Shown: positions 1 through 9,421 of the stretch, one piece after another
Numbering within the stretch: the first letter of the stretch is position 1
Layout of the letters: the number at the start of each line of letters is the position of its first letter
Virus record (IMG/VR): IMGVR_UViG_3300006153_000006
Source of the DNA: a virus
Taxonomy: Duplodnaviria; Heunggongvirae; Uroviricota; Caudoviricetes
Reading direction: 5' to 3' (one strand)
Length of the DNA stretch: 64,000 nt
Made by a program: the position numbers and the translations under genes
Notes under the pieces: model-generated
Told to the model about the DNA's origin: nothing
What the model saw: only the letters and a program-made list of their open reading frames with translations
Databases searched by the model: none

Positions 1-143
1 TGTGTGCTACCGACCTGAACCTGCGGCGGGAAACCCTGAAGGCTGCTATTATCTCTTCTCTGTACCACGATTTCACGGAAACCGATGGGGCTGAGCACGA
101 ATAAGCAATCTTACGAAAATAACAACATAAGGAGGCGTGTGAT

Positions 144-470
144 ATGACTTGGACAGATATTGTAAAGCTCGTTATCTATACTCTTATCATCGTCATTCCA
201 CTGGTGTATAACCTCTGGAAGTATGTGAAATTGGCGATGCAAGGGAAAAATTGGAAACCAATTCTCAAGCTGGTGATGGACTTCATGAGTACCGCTGAGG
301 GGATGTATGACAGCGGCGCAGACCGTAAGGAGTGGGTAATGTCGATGGTGGAGACCGCCGCAAAATCCATTGGCTCTACGGTCAACATGGATGAAGTCAG
401 CGAGATGATCGACAACCTGTGCAAGATGAGCAAGAGCGTCAATATTGGCGGTGCAACAAAGAGCAAGTGA
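144..470 (+). CDS. Small membrane protein, holin-like (LL-H-type pattern)
   Basis: 108 aa with an N-terminal transmembrane segment and a charged C-terminus; RBS GGAGG upstream; sits at the left end next to a second small membrane protein, as lysis cassettes often do. Confidence 0.4.
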   Translation: MTWTDIVKLVIYTLIIVIPLVYNLWKYVKLAMQGKNWKPILKLVMDFMSTAEGMYDSGADRKEWVMSMVETAAKSIGSTVNMDEVSEMIDNLCKMSKSVNIGGATKSK

Positions 471-487
471 TAAGGGGGTGAGAGGCC

Positions 488-964
488 ATGTCTATCAATG
501 AAATACAAGACATTGTGTTGAAGGGTGGCGGCGCACTGATCGCCTTGATGACCATCATTCAAATCACTCCGATTAAAGTCAATCCCTGGTCTGGGATCTC
601 CAAGGCGTTTGGTAAGTTGGTCGGTAAGTTTGGCCGCATCATCAACGCAGATGTCCTTTCGGAGATTGAAGAGATCAAGCACCAGCAAAAGGAAACACAG
701 AGCAAGCTGGATGAGCATATTCGCTTTGACAGTGAGCGTGATGCAGATACACATCGGCAGAGAATTTTAAGGTTTGATACAGACCTTGTGGACGGAAGAA
801 ATTTTACGCATGAATACTTTGCCGATATGCTGCTGGATATTGACTACTACGAGAAATACTGTGCGGTACACCCTGACTACAGGAACAATCGTGCCGTATT
901 GGCGATTGCAAATATTAAAAGGGTGTTCCAGCTTCACGAAGAAAACAACGATTTTCTTAAATAA
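488..964 (+). CDS. Small membrane protein, possible second holin or lysis-associated protein
   Basis: 158 aa with an N-terminal hydrophobic segment, directly after the holin-like ORF on the same strand. No motif recognised. Confidence 0.3.
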   Translation: MSINEIQDIVLKGGGALIALMTIIQITPIKVNPWSGISKAFGKLVGKFGRIINADVLSEIEEIKHQQKETQSKLDEHIRFDSERDADTHRQRILRFDTDLVDGRNFTHEYFADMLLDIDYYEKYCAVHPDYRNNRAVLAIANIKRVFQLHEENNDFLK

Positions 965-1084
965 TCAATTCACCCCATGGCACTGTCATGGGCCGTGTGA
1001 CTGACACGGATCAACCTGAAACTCTCGGTTACCTTCCTTTACGGAAGGCAAGTGGTTGACAGGCAACGATAAAATCGGTCATTA

Positions 1085-1141
1085 GGGGGAAGTGCGGTAG
1101 CCTACGGGCACCCTCTTCCCCCTTAAATTTTTACTCTGCGC
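1085..1141 (+). terminator. Rho-independent terminator after the holin-like genes
   Basis: GGGGGAAG ... CTTCCCCC stem followed by a T-rich run. Confidence 0.5.
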
Positions 1142-1156
1142 AAATAGCAATCGATG

Positions 1157-1185
1157 TTGACTTTGGCCTATCTTTTGTATATAAT
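1157..1185 (+). promoter_or_regulatory. Sigma-70-like promoter in front of moron-like genes
   Basis: TTGACT, 17-bp spacer, TATAAT, about 50 bp upstream of the 1238 ORF. Confidence 0.5.
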
Positions 1186-1237
1186 AGTGTTGAAGAAATG
1201 TTTGCATTATTACATAGAGAGATTGTTGGTGTAACAC

Positions 1238-1693
1238 ATGGTTGAACTTTTCTCAGCCCGGTCTATAAAAACTTCTTTGGATTCTATTCGGCAAGGATCG
1301 GCTGGGTTGGATGCGCATAGGACAGCCATGTTGAACCGAGTTCCAAACACTGGTGATTGGGCAAAATTTCCTTGTGAGCATTTATCTATGAAGGACTTGG
1401 CATATCTTACTGCGAAGACTGGTCATGAGTTCGCTATTCTGCGTGGTAAACACGAAGATATTTTGTTTCACGGGGATTCGTATCGGTGTTCCTTTGACGG
1501 AGTGTTGAATGATATGATACGTTCAAAACGTCTCATCATATATGGACACTCTCATCCCGGAGAGAATATTCCGATGCCGTCTACACAAGATAGGCTTGCC
1601 CTAAAAGAAATCGGGCAAGCTGAAAGCCACCTTATTTCTGGTCTAACCGGATATGAGGTTACTTATACATCAGATCAGTTTGAACCTATGTAA
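1238..1693 (+). CDS. Hypothetical protein, moron-like cargo gene
   Basis: 151 aa with its own promoter and terminator, lying between the lysis genes and the integrase. Contains a YGHSHPG motif but no family recognised. Confidence 0.45.
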   Translation: MVELFSARSIKTSLDSIRQGSAGLDAHRTAMLNRVPNTGDWAKFPCEHLSMKDLAYLTAKTGHEFAILRGKHEDILFHGDSYRCSFDGVLNDMIRSKRLIIYGHSHPGENIPMPSTQDRLALKEIGQAESHLISGLTGYEVTYTSDQFEPM

Positions 1694-1706
1694 AGGAGGA
1701 ATAAGT

Positions 1707-1988
1707 ATGTTAAGCGTAGAGAGCGCAAGAAAAATCGGGATAAATGCTTGCATTGACAAGATTGGACGTGACTTTGTCATGGCTCATAAAGATTCCTCCA
1801 CATCCGCCTATGGTGAGTGCGAGGACGGTGTATTCTGTTTCGTTGGCGTTGACGACAACCCGGTGCGTAGCCAAAGAGATGATACGCTTGTGCTGGACAG
1901 TCAAACGTCTTTCCCGTATCGGGCCAGTTGCAGCGTCAATCTTCAGAACGGAACCGCAAAATTTATTGAGTGCGTTAGTCCGGCCTAA
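1707..1988 (+). CDS. Hypothetical protein, second gene of the moron unit
   Basis: Internal ATG with AAAGGAGG RBS; the longer 1653 start overlaps the upstream gene. Confidence 0.35.
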   Translation: MLSVESARKIGINACIDKIGRDFVMAHKDSSTSAYGECEDGVFCFVGVDDNPVRSQRDDTLVLDSQTSFPYRASCSVNLQNGTAKFIECVSPA

Positions 1989-2031
1989 AGGCAATAGTCG
2001 TGTAAGTAACAGACCTGTAGTTTATATCTTT

Positions 2032-2068
2032 GAGAGCTTCCCAGTTTTGGGTGGCTCTCATTTTTTTG
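2032..2068 (+). terminator. Rho-independent terminator
   Basis: GAGAGC ... GCTCTC hairpin followed by T7. Confidence 0.5.
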
Positions 2069-2236
2069 CGCAGAAAAAACAAGGCACCGATATGGCCATT
2101 GCCACGTCAATGCCTTTGTTTTCGTTTATGCCCACAGCAGCCGTTTATAGGCTCATAGAGCGGCTTTAATCTCGGGAATATCCCAGGTCGTTTGAGCCAC
2201 AAAAGCCTTTCTGTGGCCACGCAGCGGGCCAGCTCG

Positions 2237-2428
2237 TTATAAATAGGGTATAGTTTTTGTAACCTTGCCTGTGAGGTGTTTTTCGATATGTTCTTGTGCC
2301 TGTTCCTCGCTGTCAAACTTCATTACATCGTCGAAGTTGTCAGTGTAGTCCATGTCCTTGTTGACAAAATACTTTTTGCCATCAATCTCCACGACGATGT
2401 AGTAGAAGCCTCTGCTCATAAGTATCAC
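2237..2428 (-). CDS. Small hypothetical protein
   Basis: 63 aa ORF with RBS; no motif recognised. Confidence 0.35.
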   Translation of the reverse strand: MILMSRGFYYIVVEIDGKKYFVNKDMDYTDNFDDVMKFDSEEQAQEHIEKHLTGKVTKTIPYL

Positions 2429-2511
2429 CCCGGTTGCGTATGGCCTTGGTTTATTGTAACTGTTCGCCTTATTATATCAAAGGCTGTCTGTCATATCAAG
2501 CCTTCAAAAAA

Positions 2512-2551
2512 AAGAAATGCCCCTGCAAAAAAAAACATGCAGGGGCATTCT
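2512..2551. terminator. Bidirectional hairpin terminator
   Basis: ATGCCCCTGCA A9 CATGCAGGGGCAT: perfect 11-bp stem with an A/T-rich loop. Confidence 0.5.
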
Positions 2552-2573
2552 CCTATTGCCGAGTCCTTTTCAT

Positions 2574-2821
2574 GGTTTGTCGTAAAAGTGTCGTAAAACT
2601 GAGAAATTTTGAACTGTTTATGCCCGGAAAGCATTGGTATCACTGGGTTTTACTTTTACATGGGTTTCATGGTGGGGAAAAGTATTTCAGCCCCGCATAT
2701 CTTATTATAAGTTCTTATATCTTCGCTTTCATACGGTTTGCTGTAACTTTTCATGATGTAACCTCTTATAACTTCTTATAATTTCTTAACGGTTTGTCGT
2801 AAAAATTGTCGTAAAACTCAG
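2574..2821. repeat. attP-like region with paired arm-type direct repeats
   Basis: GGTTTGTCGTAAAAGTGTCGTAAAACTGAG (2574-2603) and GGTTTGTCGTAAAAATTGTCGTAAAACTCAG (2791-2821) bracket an AT-rich stretch carrying CTTATAA iterons, immediately upstream of the integrase gene end. Confidence 0.45.
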
Positions 2822-4083
2822 CTTACTTTGATCTTGCCTTCGAGGTTTGCGAAGCTCGCTTTCTTGCGATCCTTGGTTGCCTCATTGTAGATGTTCATGG
2901 TTGTTGTGATGTCGGCATGGCCCATGATTTCTTGTATGATTTTTAGGTCTCTCTCGTTCTCGCAAAAACGAGTACAGAAAGTATGGCGCAAATTGTGTGC
3001 GGAAAAATGTGGAAGAAGTATTGGATCACGATGTTCTGATTTGGCACGGGTTGTTTCGTCCTTGTTGTAGTCGGCTATCACTCTCCAGATTGCTCTGTTT
3101 ACGCAATGCGGGCTCAGAGTTTCCCCAAATCTGTTTGAGAAAATAAAGCCGCTGTAATCGTCAACTACCTTCCTATTAAACCCATGTTCCATCTGGCGGA
3201 GTCTCTCTTCCAAAAGAGCATGGCGAACTTCTGATAGCATTGGAACGATCCTCGTACCAGCCTTTGTCTTCGGAGTCGTAATGTGGAATGCGCATTTCTC
3301 CTTGTTGTACCTTCGATAAATAAGGCTATGGTCAATGTGGATGATGCCTTCCTCAAAATCGCAGTCATCCCAACGAAGGCCAACGATTTCTCCGACCCTA
3401 CCCCCTGTGCCGAGCATAACAGTAAAGAGTGGAAGCCAATGCCTATACCTTGAATTGGCGACATAGTTGACAAATGCATCCTGCTGCTCTATTGTCAGAG
3501 CATGTCTTTTAGGTGTTTCCCAATCGTGGCTTCGTTTTATCTCGGCCATAACACCGTCTGTTGGATTGATACGGATCACTCCGTCTCTTACCGCTACTGT
3601 AAACACAGGATGAAGGATTGTATGGATAATCTCCATGCTGTTCGGTTTGAACCCCTTATCCTTGATGAGAGAAATGTAGAACTTCTTAATGTCGCTGTAC
3701 TTTATCTTCGCTATGCTCTTGGTTCCAAGCCCATCACGGACATGCATATCATACATATAAATATAGTTGCTCTTTGTCGATTTTTTAAGTTCATATTTCG
3801 TTTCGATATAATCGTCAAAGAAGCGATTGAGCGATGTACGATACGCAGAAAAAGAATCTACGCCGTCTTCAAGGTCACGCCGTATCTGTTTTTCCATCTC
3901 GCGGAGGGACTTCTCGCACTTCTTCCCGGTTGGCACTTTGTCTGTGTCAACCAATTTCCAGCTGTATACGCTGTGTCTTTCCCCCTTTACATCATTATAC
4001 TTGTACTCATACTTTCCATCTTTGCGCTGGCTTTCGCCCTGGCGCAAGAGCCTGCCTCTATCGTCCTTTCTTTTTTCGGACAT
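2818..4083 (-). CDS. int: Tyrosine-type site-specific integrase
   Basis: 421 aa; C-terminal catalytic region with R...HxLRHT ... Y pattern (LRHTFCTRF ... IMGHADITTTMNIYNE). Confidence 0.85.
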   Translation of the reverse strand: MSEKRKDDRGRLLRQGESQRKDGKYEYKYNDVKGERHSVYSWKLVDTDKVPTGKKCEKSLREMEKQIRRDLEDGVDSFSAYRTSLNRFFDDYIETKYELKKSTKSNYIYMYDMHVRDGLGTKSIAKIKYSDIKKFYISLIKDKGFKPNSMEIIHTILHPVFTVAVRDGVIRINPTDGVMAEIKRSHDWETPKRHALTIEQQDAFVNYVANSRYRHWLPLFTVMLGTGGRVGEIVGLRWDDCDFEEGIIHIDHSLIYRRYNKEKCAFHITTPKTKAGTRIVPMLSEVRHALLEERLRQMEHGFNRKVVDDYSGFIFSNRFGETLSPHCVNRAIWRVIADYNKDETTRAKSEHRDPILLPHFSAHNLRHTFCTRFCENERDLKIIQEIMGHADITTTMNIYNEATKDRKKASFANLEGKIKVS

Positions 4084-4187
4084 GGACGCTCCTTTCCGAA
4101 AATGGACTTGGCATAGTATTATGTATTATACCAAGTCCAAATTCTTTTTTCAAGAGACAGCAGTTCAAAATATAGAAATATAGAGAT

Positions 4188-4475
4188 TCAAACGGAACTC
4201 ATATTATCTATGATTTTCTCAAATATTTTACGTTTAATTTGCGGTCTGCTTCCATTCCAGAGGATATAATCTGCGTCTCTATTTTCTTCAATTATTCTCC
4301 TCAACTTGTTTTCACCAATACGGAAGTATCTTGCCGCTTCTTCAACACTTAACGTATACTTCATCCAAACAGGGACTTCGGCGTTCACCCTTGTACCTAC
4401 CTTTCTTATAGTGAAGGCGGGCCAGGATTTACTGGCCCGCCATTTTTTATGCTCCGGTGGAACCCCATCCGCCAT
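4188..4475 (-). CDS. xis: Excisionase-like HTH DNA-binding protein
   Basis: 95 aa; YTLSVEEAARYFRIGENKLRRII resembles the excisionase/HTH_17 helix-turn-helix; directly upstream of int. Confidence 0.55.
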   Translation of the reverse strand: MADGVPPEHKKWRASKSWPAFTIRKVGTRVNAEVPVWMKYTLSVEEAARYFRIGENKLRRIIEENRDADYILWNGSRPQIKRKIFEKIIDNMSSV

Positions 4476-4968
4476 TCCTTACGCCGTCGGCGTCGTCGGA
4501 ATATGTAACGCCGAATGGGACGAAGATCGCTTGCATGAAGCGGTCTCCCGCTTTAATCTCCAAAACCTTCTCCTGGTGAGAGTCGTTCGTAACCTTTGCG
4601 TAGATATGGCCCTCATTGTCGGAGTTGTAGTAATCGCTGTCAATGACGCCAATGGTGTTATCGAGCTGCATACGGTACTTAGTTCCAAGTCCGCTTCGTG
4701 GAGCGCAGCACAGCCACCAACCCTCGTCGATCCTGACGCGGATGCATGTGGGAATCTTTGCGGATGCGCCGGGTTCCAGTGTGACGTTGACGGGAGAGAC
4801 AAAATCGTACCCGGCAGAGCCGGCAGTTGACCGTTTGGGGATGGCAACACAGTCATACATGGCTTTTGCCTCAGCTTCGCTGGCGCCGAACGCGTCTTTT
4901 ACCGCTTCATAGAACTGCCCGAAGCTGACTTTCTCAAACTCTCCAACTCTTTGCATGGCGCACCTCAA
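4447..4968 (-). CDS. dut: dUTP diphosphatase
   Basis: Motifs SAGYDF, RSGLG and GVIDSDYY typical of trimeric dUTPases. Confidence 0.85.
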   Translation of the reverse strand: MRCAMQRVGEFEKVSFGQFYEAVKDAFGASEAEAKAMYDCVAIPKRSTAGSAGYDFVSPVNVTLEPGASAKIPTCIRVRIDEGWWLCCAPRSGLGTKYRMQLDNTIGVIDSDYYNSDNEGHIYAKVTNDSHQEKVLEIKAGDRFMQAIFVPFGVTYSDDADGVRNGGWGSTGA

Positions 4969-5324
4969 TCCTTGCGGATAGCACGATACAGCAGGTTTCC
5001 AACAAGAGCTCCGATTGCCGCCATCAGGAAAGTTTCCAGAGGCGACACCTCGAAGGCGCTTTCAAGTTCAACACCCGTTTCAATATCAGCGTCGTCATCG
5101 GAGCAAGCTGTAGTGATCGTTGGTACACTGTCGTTCCAAAATTCAGAGACAGTCTTCTTTACCACCTTGCCCAGGTCGTTGTACTCATAGGTCGTTTCGG
5201 TGGTATTGTTTGCAAGTTTTAACATAGCGAGTTCTCCTTTATTTTGTTTTGATGTAAAGACCGCAGTGGCACATACCTTCATCCATCTCACGGAACTCCT
5301 TGCACATACACTTGGTATCCGCAT
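4965..5324 (-). CDS. Hypothetical protein with C-terminal hydrophobic segment
   Basis: ORF only; the true start may be the internal Met. Confidence 0.25.
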   Translation of the reverse strand: MRIPSVCARSSVRWMKVCATAVFTSKQNKGELAMLKLANNTTETTYEYNDLGKVVKKTVSEFWNDSVPTITTACSDDDADIETGVELESAFEVSPLETFLMAAIGALVGNLLYRAIRKD

Positions 5325-5421
5325 TTTTAAGAATGGAGCAGGGGCAGTAGCCGGAATTGTCTTTCAGTTTCTGCTTGATTTCCCTGACATAGGTTTCATC
5401 GGGGTTTAATCTGATGTTCAT
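5239..5421 (-). CDS. Small Cys-rich protein, ferredoxin-thioredoxin-reductase-like (CPC ... C.C ... CHC)
   Basis: 60 aa with CPCS, CMC and CHC clusters; sits next to nrdG/nrdD, where such redox partners are commonly found. Confidence 0.4.
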   Translation of the reverse strand: MNIRLNPDETYVREIKQKLKDNSGYCPCSILKNADTKCMCKEFREMDEGMCHCGLYIKTK

Positions 5422-5940
5422 TCAGCTGATCCTTTCTGCATATTGGTTGTCTGAGGCAAGTTCAATGCCAAGAGTCTCGTCAAACCGATGGGGCTTGTTC
5501 GGGATAAACCGGCCAAACTTGACGATGATGTTGCAAAACTGTTTAAGTAGGGCCACCTCGTCCTCTATCTCTTCCGGGTAGTACCCGGTGTAGATAACGA
5601 AAGGAGCTTGGCACCCATTCCGACGGAAGGTGAAGATCAGTTCTGCAAGCTCTCCTACCTGCATGATAGGCTCAAGGCCGCCGACGACGACTGCTTTTGT
5701 GATTGGGTTCCCCATGAAGTGTTGAAACAGAACATCGTCTGGAATGTCCTTGATTGGAGCCTGGGCGAGGGGTGCGTTTTGGCACACCCCTACGTCCAGT
5801 CCGGACTCCGTACAACACTTGAAGTCACAGAAGCAGGTGTTGATAAACATAGCAGGCTCCCTGAAGTTCAGGAAGTCTTCTTCTATAACTCCTTTGACCC
5901 GCATTACATGACCTCTCCTTTTGAGAGAACGTTGTACCAC
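5422..5940 (-). CDS. nrdG: Anaerobic ribonucleotide reductase activating protein (radical SAM)
   Basis: 172 aa with an N-terminal Cys cluster (CFCDFKCC); immediately downstream of nrdD. Confidence 0.6.
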   Translation of the reverse strand: MVQRSLKRRGHVMRVKGVIEEDFLNFREPAMFINTCFCDFKCCTESGLDVGVCQNAPLAQAPIKDIPDDVLFQHFMGNPITKAVVVGGLEPIMQVGELAELIFTFRRNGCQAPFVIYTGYYPEEIEDEVALLKQFCNIIVKFGRFIPNKPHRFDETLGIELASDNQYAERIS

Positions 5941-7832
5941 TTACGATGGCTGAACTCGTTTTTGCGGATCTTCTGATAGCTGCTGACAGGGGTGTAGAAA
6001 CCCACTACGCGAGCGTATGTATCCGCCACGGGTTTTCCGCACACAGGGCACTCGCTTGTGCCGATGAAGGCGTGCTTATCTTCGCAAACCGAGATCTTTG
6101 TTGTGAACGCGAAGTAGATAACACCCTGCTGAGCAACGTAGTTGAGCATATCCCATGCGGTCTCCTCACTGGGGAACCGCCCTTCGATGTTGATGTGAGA
6201 GATACAGCCGCCGCCACACTTCTTATCAAAGAGAGAGCCGAGACGGCACTTCTCCTGAATAGTACACTTCTCCATCAAGGGAATCCACTGGTTAGAGTAG
6301 ATGAAGTATTTATCCTGCTCATACAGAAGATTATCAGCAGCGCAGATAACTCCGGCACAGTTTTCTGCCGGGATCATCTCAAGATTGAAAGTGAAGTCGC
6401 ACTCAAAATTGTCTTTCACATCGTTGATGACATCAAGGATTTCGGTTGCGAACTCAACAGCTTCGTCCGAGTAGGACTTGTTGCCAAGCTCATCCTCTTC
6501 GATGAACCCAAACAGATCCATGACCTCATACATCCCAATGCCGCCGATGGTGCAGAACTGCTTGTCCAGCTCAACAGCACCGTCACGGTAGTTGGGGAGG
6601 AGCCCCTTCTCAATGTTGCGTTTGAGAATGTGGCGCATGGATGTGAGTGCCTTGCAGTCCAGAAGGACACGCTCGCGCAGAATGTCGAGGTATTTCTTTC
6701 TGTTCATTTTGCTCTCATAGGCGATACGAACGAGGTTCACTGTGCTGACCCGGCAGGAGCCAACACTCAGAGCCGTGCCTCCGATTGAGTTGATGAAGGC
6801 GTTGAGTTTACTGGTGTCTGACAACAGTCTGCAACAGTTGCTCAGGATACCAATATTGTCACTAACAAAGAAGTTGGAATCAGACCACTTGATATTGTGT
6901 GCGCTGGCCCAACGTGCGAACTCCTCATCCTGGAACTTGCCGTCCTTGTAGTACAGAGAGTAAGTAAGAACCGGGTAGGTGAACATATTAGTCTCACGGA
7001 TTTCCGAGACGACCTCCATAAACACCTTTTGAAGGGAGATAAGGTCTTCAATGTGGTCAATGGCGAGAGTCCCGTCCGGGAACTCCACGCCACCGAACAA
7101 AGACTCCAGGTAGGGCCGGTCAAAGATCGACACGTTGGTGAAGGAGCTCTGGTCAATGCGGAGGAAGGGCTGGTTTAGCCGATAGATCAGCTTCTGGAAC
7201 TGTTGACGGAGATAGTAGTCCGGGTTTTTCATGCAGTAACCCGCCTCCACATCGCTCTTCCAGAAGTACCATGCCCAGATCAGCACGTTTGGGAGACCGA
7301 CTGCGCCAGACTGCCGGTTGGATAGGAAGGACACGAACTCGATCACATCGTCAAAGTAAGTCGTCAAATGCTTCGGCGGCTGGTTATTGTAGTTGTCGAG
7401 AAAGAAAAGCCCCTCTGTAGCAAGTCTGGACAGGTCATTGGCCCAACAGTACGGGAAATAGCTTGCCGTAGTGCTGTCGTTCAGGTAGAACCCCTTGCTG
7501 AACTCCTGCTCCAGCCACTGCTTCGCCGTACGCAAGCCCCACTGCTTCTTGATGGTGAGAAAAATCTTGTTCAGTGCGAACAGTTTGTCCTCGCTTTTGG
7601 CCTTTTCGGTCATAAAGCTCCGGATATCCTTGTGATTGGCGTTTGCGTTGGGATCTATAGAGGCATCCGCCATCGTATCCTTATCAACAAAGTTGTCGAT
7701 AAACTCAGAGAAGTCAAGCTGGCTCGGGTGAATACCGTTGATGTATTCAAAATCCTCGCCGTACTTCTTTTTCAAGTCCTCAAGGCAACGTTCAAAGTCT
7801 CTTGACAGCTTCAAAGTTATATCCATTGTCAT
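5904..7832 (-). CDS. nrdD: Anaerobic ribonucleoside-triphosphate reductase
   Basis: 642 aa; C-terminal CPVCG zinc ribbon and glycyl-radical motif RVVGFYTP. Confidence 0.85.
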   Translation of the reverse strand: MTMDITLKLSRDFERCLEDLKKKYGEDFEYINGIHPSQLDFSEFIDNFVDKDTMADASIDPNANANHKDIRSFMTEKAKSEDKLFALNKIFLTIKKQWGLRTAKQWLEQEFSKGFYLNDSTTASYFPYCWANDLSRLATEGLFFLDNYNNQPPKHLTTYFDDVIEFVSFLSNRQSGAVGLPNVLIWAWYFWKSDVEAGYCMKNPDYYLRQQFQKLIYRLNQPFLRIDQSSFTNVSIFDRPYLESLFGGVEFPDGTLAIDHIEDLISLQKVFMEVVSEIRETNMFTYPVLTYSLYYKDGKFQDEEFARWASAHNIKWSDSNFFVSDNIGILSNCCRLLSDTSKLNAFINSIGGTALSVGSCRVSTVNLVRIAYESKMNRKKYLDILRERVLLDCKALTSMRHILKRNIEKGLLPNYRDGAVELDKQFCTIGGIGMYEVMDLFGFIEEDELGNKSYSDEAVEFATEILDVINDVKDNFECDFTFNLEMIPAENCAGVICAADNLLYEQDKYFIYSNQWIPLMEKCTIQEKCRLGSLFDKKCGGGCISHINIEGRFPSEETAWDMLNYVAQQGVIYFAFTTKISVCEDKHAFIGTSECPVCGKPVADTYARVVGFYTPVSSYQKIRKNEFSHRKWYNVLSKGEVM

Positions 7833-8043
7833 TCCTCCCGGTTATTGATCCAAGTATTTGCGGCTGAGAAGTTCAACAGCTCACCGTTGACCTTCAGAAC
7901 CGGGACTTGGTTGATGCCCAGGGACAACATTTCTTCAACAGAGTTGTTCTCCTGGTATGCGATCCCCTTTTCTTCCAGCTTTTTCTTCAACACCTTGCAT
8001 TTTGGGCAGTCAGTAGAATAAAGCACGATCATTTCCGGCATCC
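7829..8043 (-). CDS. nrdH: Glutaredoxin-like protein (NrdH-like)
   Basis: MPEMIVLYSTDCPKCKVLK: CPxC thioredoxin-fold start. Start chosen at the internal Met to avoid overlap with the upstream gene. Confidence 0.6.
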
Positions 8044-8060
8044 CTCCTTCCTGTTCTGTT

Positions 8061-8845
8061 TTACGCAGACTCTTCATTGAGCATTTTCCAACGAAACCTC
8101 TTGTCCGGCAGAATATGCCCGTTATCTTCCATTTGAAAGCGTTTATCGTAGTCATGTATTGTGTGCCCGTTTGGCAAAAAGGTTCTTATGCTGTCGGCGT
8201 CCCACTTCAACATAAGCTGCCATAAATCTGGGTAGTTGTGGCGCAGCTGACGGAGCTGGTCTACGCCTTGATTGTGACAGAACCAGCACCCACCCCGTGT
8301 GGAAGTGGCGTATATCGGAGACAGAAGATCGTTTTCTTCACACCACCTACGGCAATCTACTTCTGTCCATCTGACAGCGGCAAGCGGAGACACCTTTTTC
8401 ACACCGTCCAGCCTTGCTAAGCGCTCCGGTTCGTCTGCGGCAATGCCGACATATTGAACGGCATCCTTCGATTGCTTTGCGCATCTGTCTATTGCGGCGG
8501 TTTTCAGTCTGCTATTGCACCACGGGCCACGCTGCAAGGGCCATCCGTAAATTTTGCCTGCAAACTTCCCAGACTCATACTTTGTGTAGAACTGCCTCTC
8601 ATAGGTTAGCACCCCCCCCGCATGGCGCAGACGTGCTCTACCTCGATACCGAGCCTCCGCTTGATCTCTTTGTCGGCCTTCTCCTTAAACGCAACCATTG
8701 GAGGAGGGTCTGCCGGAATGGTGTCGGTTGCCCACAGCTCCGCTGTAACGATACGATCAATCGGCCAACCAAGTATCTCGCAAGCGCCTATGCAAGCCAT
8801 GCTGTCCTTTCCATAGGAGAGAGACAGGATATGTTCAGTTCCCAT
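8061..8845 (-). CDS. PAPS-reductase-like PP-loop ATPase, interrupted by a frameshift at a poly-G tract
   Basis: N-terminal piece (8606-8845) carries SYGKDS; C-terminal piece (8061-8612) carries YVGIAADEPERL and GGCWFC. The two frames meet at a C8 run (plus strand) near 8608-8615. Paralog of the gene at 36171. Confidence 0.6.
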
Positions 8846-9421
8846 TTATTTTTTCACTCTTTCGTATTGTCTGTATGTGATTTTATTGACCTCGCCATAC
8901 GTTTGCTCCCAGTTGTACACACGAACAGCCGGTATGCTCTTCTCGTCAATACCGCGATTGTGCGGGGCGTCCATCAATATCTTCTGGTATTTCCCACCGG
9001 TCAGATTGTGTACGCCGTCGTCAATCAAAACATCGCCGAGGATGATATGCTTGTCCGCAGTTATGATAACGTCGTTCCAGCTAAAGAACGGGAAGTACCG
9101 AAACAGAACGTGTTCCACCTTTGGGACGATTGTCTTATACCCAGCCGTCGTTACCACGAGCACCCTGTGACCGTCATCCATCAGACGTTTCACATACTTC
9201 TGCGCATCAGGTTTCGGCCTGACATCCTTCCATAGTTCCTCCGTGTCAAGAACGTTGAATATTTCCTGCTTCGGCAGACCAGGGAAGAATGTGGGAATGT
9301 GCCAATCCGTTATCTCGTCAGGCTTCACGTTGGTTCCGGACTTGCGGTTCAAGATATTGATCCACGCCGGAAGGAGGTCTTCCATCGTATCGTCCATGTC
9401 TGTCAAAACAGTAAGCTTCAT
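8846..9421 (-). CDS. HAD-family 5'(3')-deoxyribonucleotidase
   Basis: KLTVLTDMDDT HAD motif I and overall similarity to phage 5' nucleotidases. Confidence 0.6.
   Translation of the reverse strand: MKLTVLTDMDDTMEDLLPAWINILNRKSGTNVKPDEITDWHIPTFFPGLPKQEIFNVLDTEELWKDVRPKPDAQKYVKRLMDDGHRVLVVTTAGYKTIVPKVEHVLFRYFPFFSWNDVIITADKHIILGDVLIDDGVHNLTGGKYQKILMDAPHNRGIDEKSIPAVRVYNWEQTYGEVNKITYRQYERVKK

Noticed and set aside
176-754. Plus- and minus-strand ORFs overlapping the confidently assigned genes on the opposite strand or in other frames, for example 176-754 (-), 3165-3479, 5946-6788 (+), 11434-12690 (+), 18094-18885 (+), 19006-19977 (+), 41467-42933 (+), 50184-51371 (+), 62512-63621 (+)
   Set aside because: They lie antisense to, or out of frame with, genes that carry strong family motifs. 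They have low-complexity Arg/Ser/Pro-rich translations and no RBS, so they are typical shadow ORFs.
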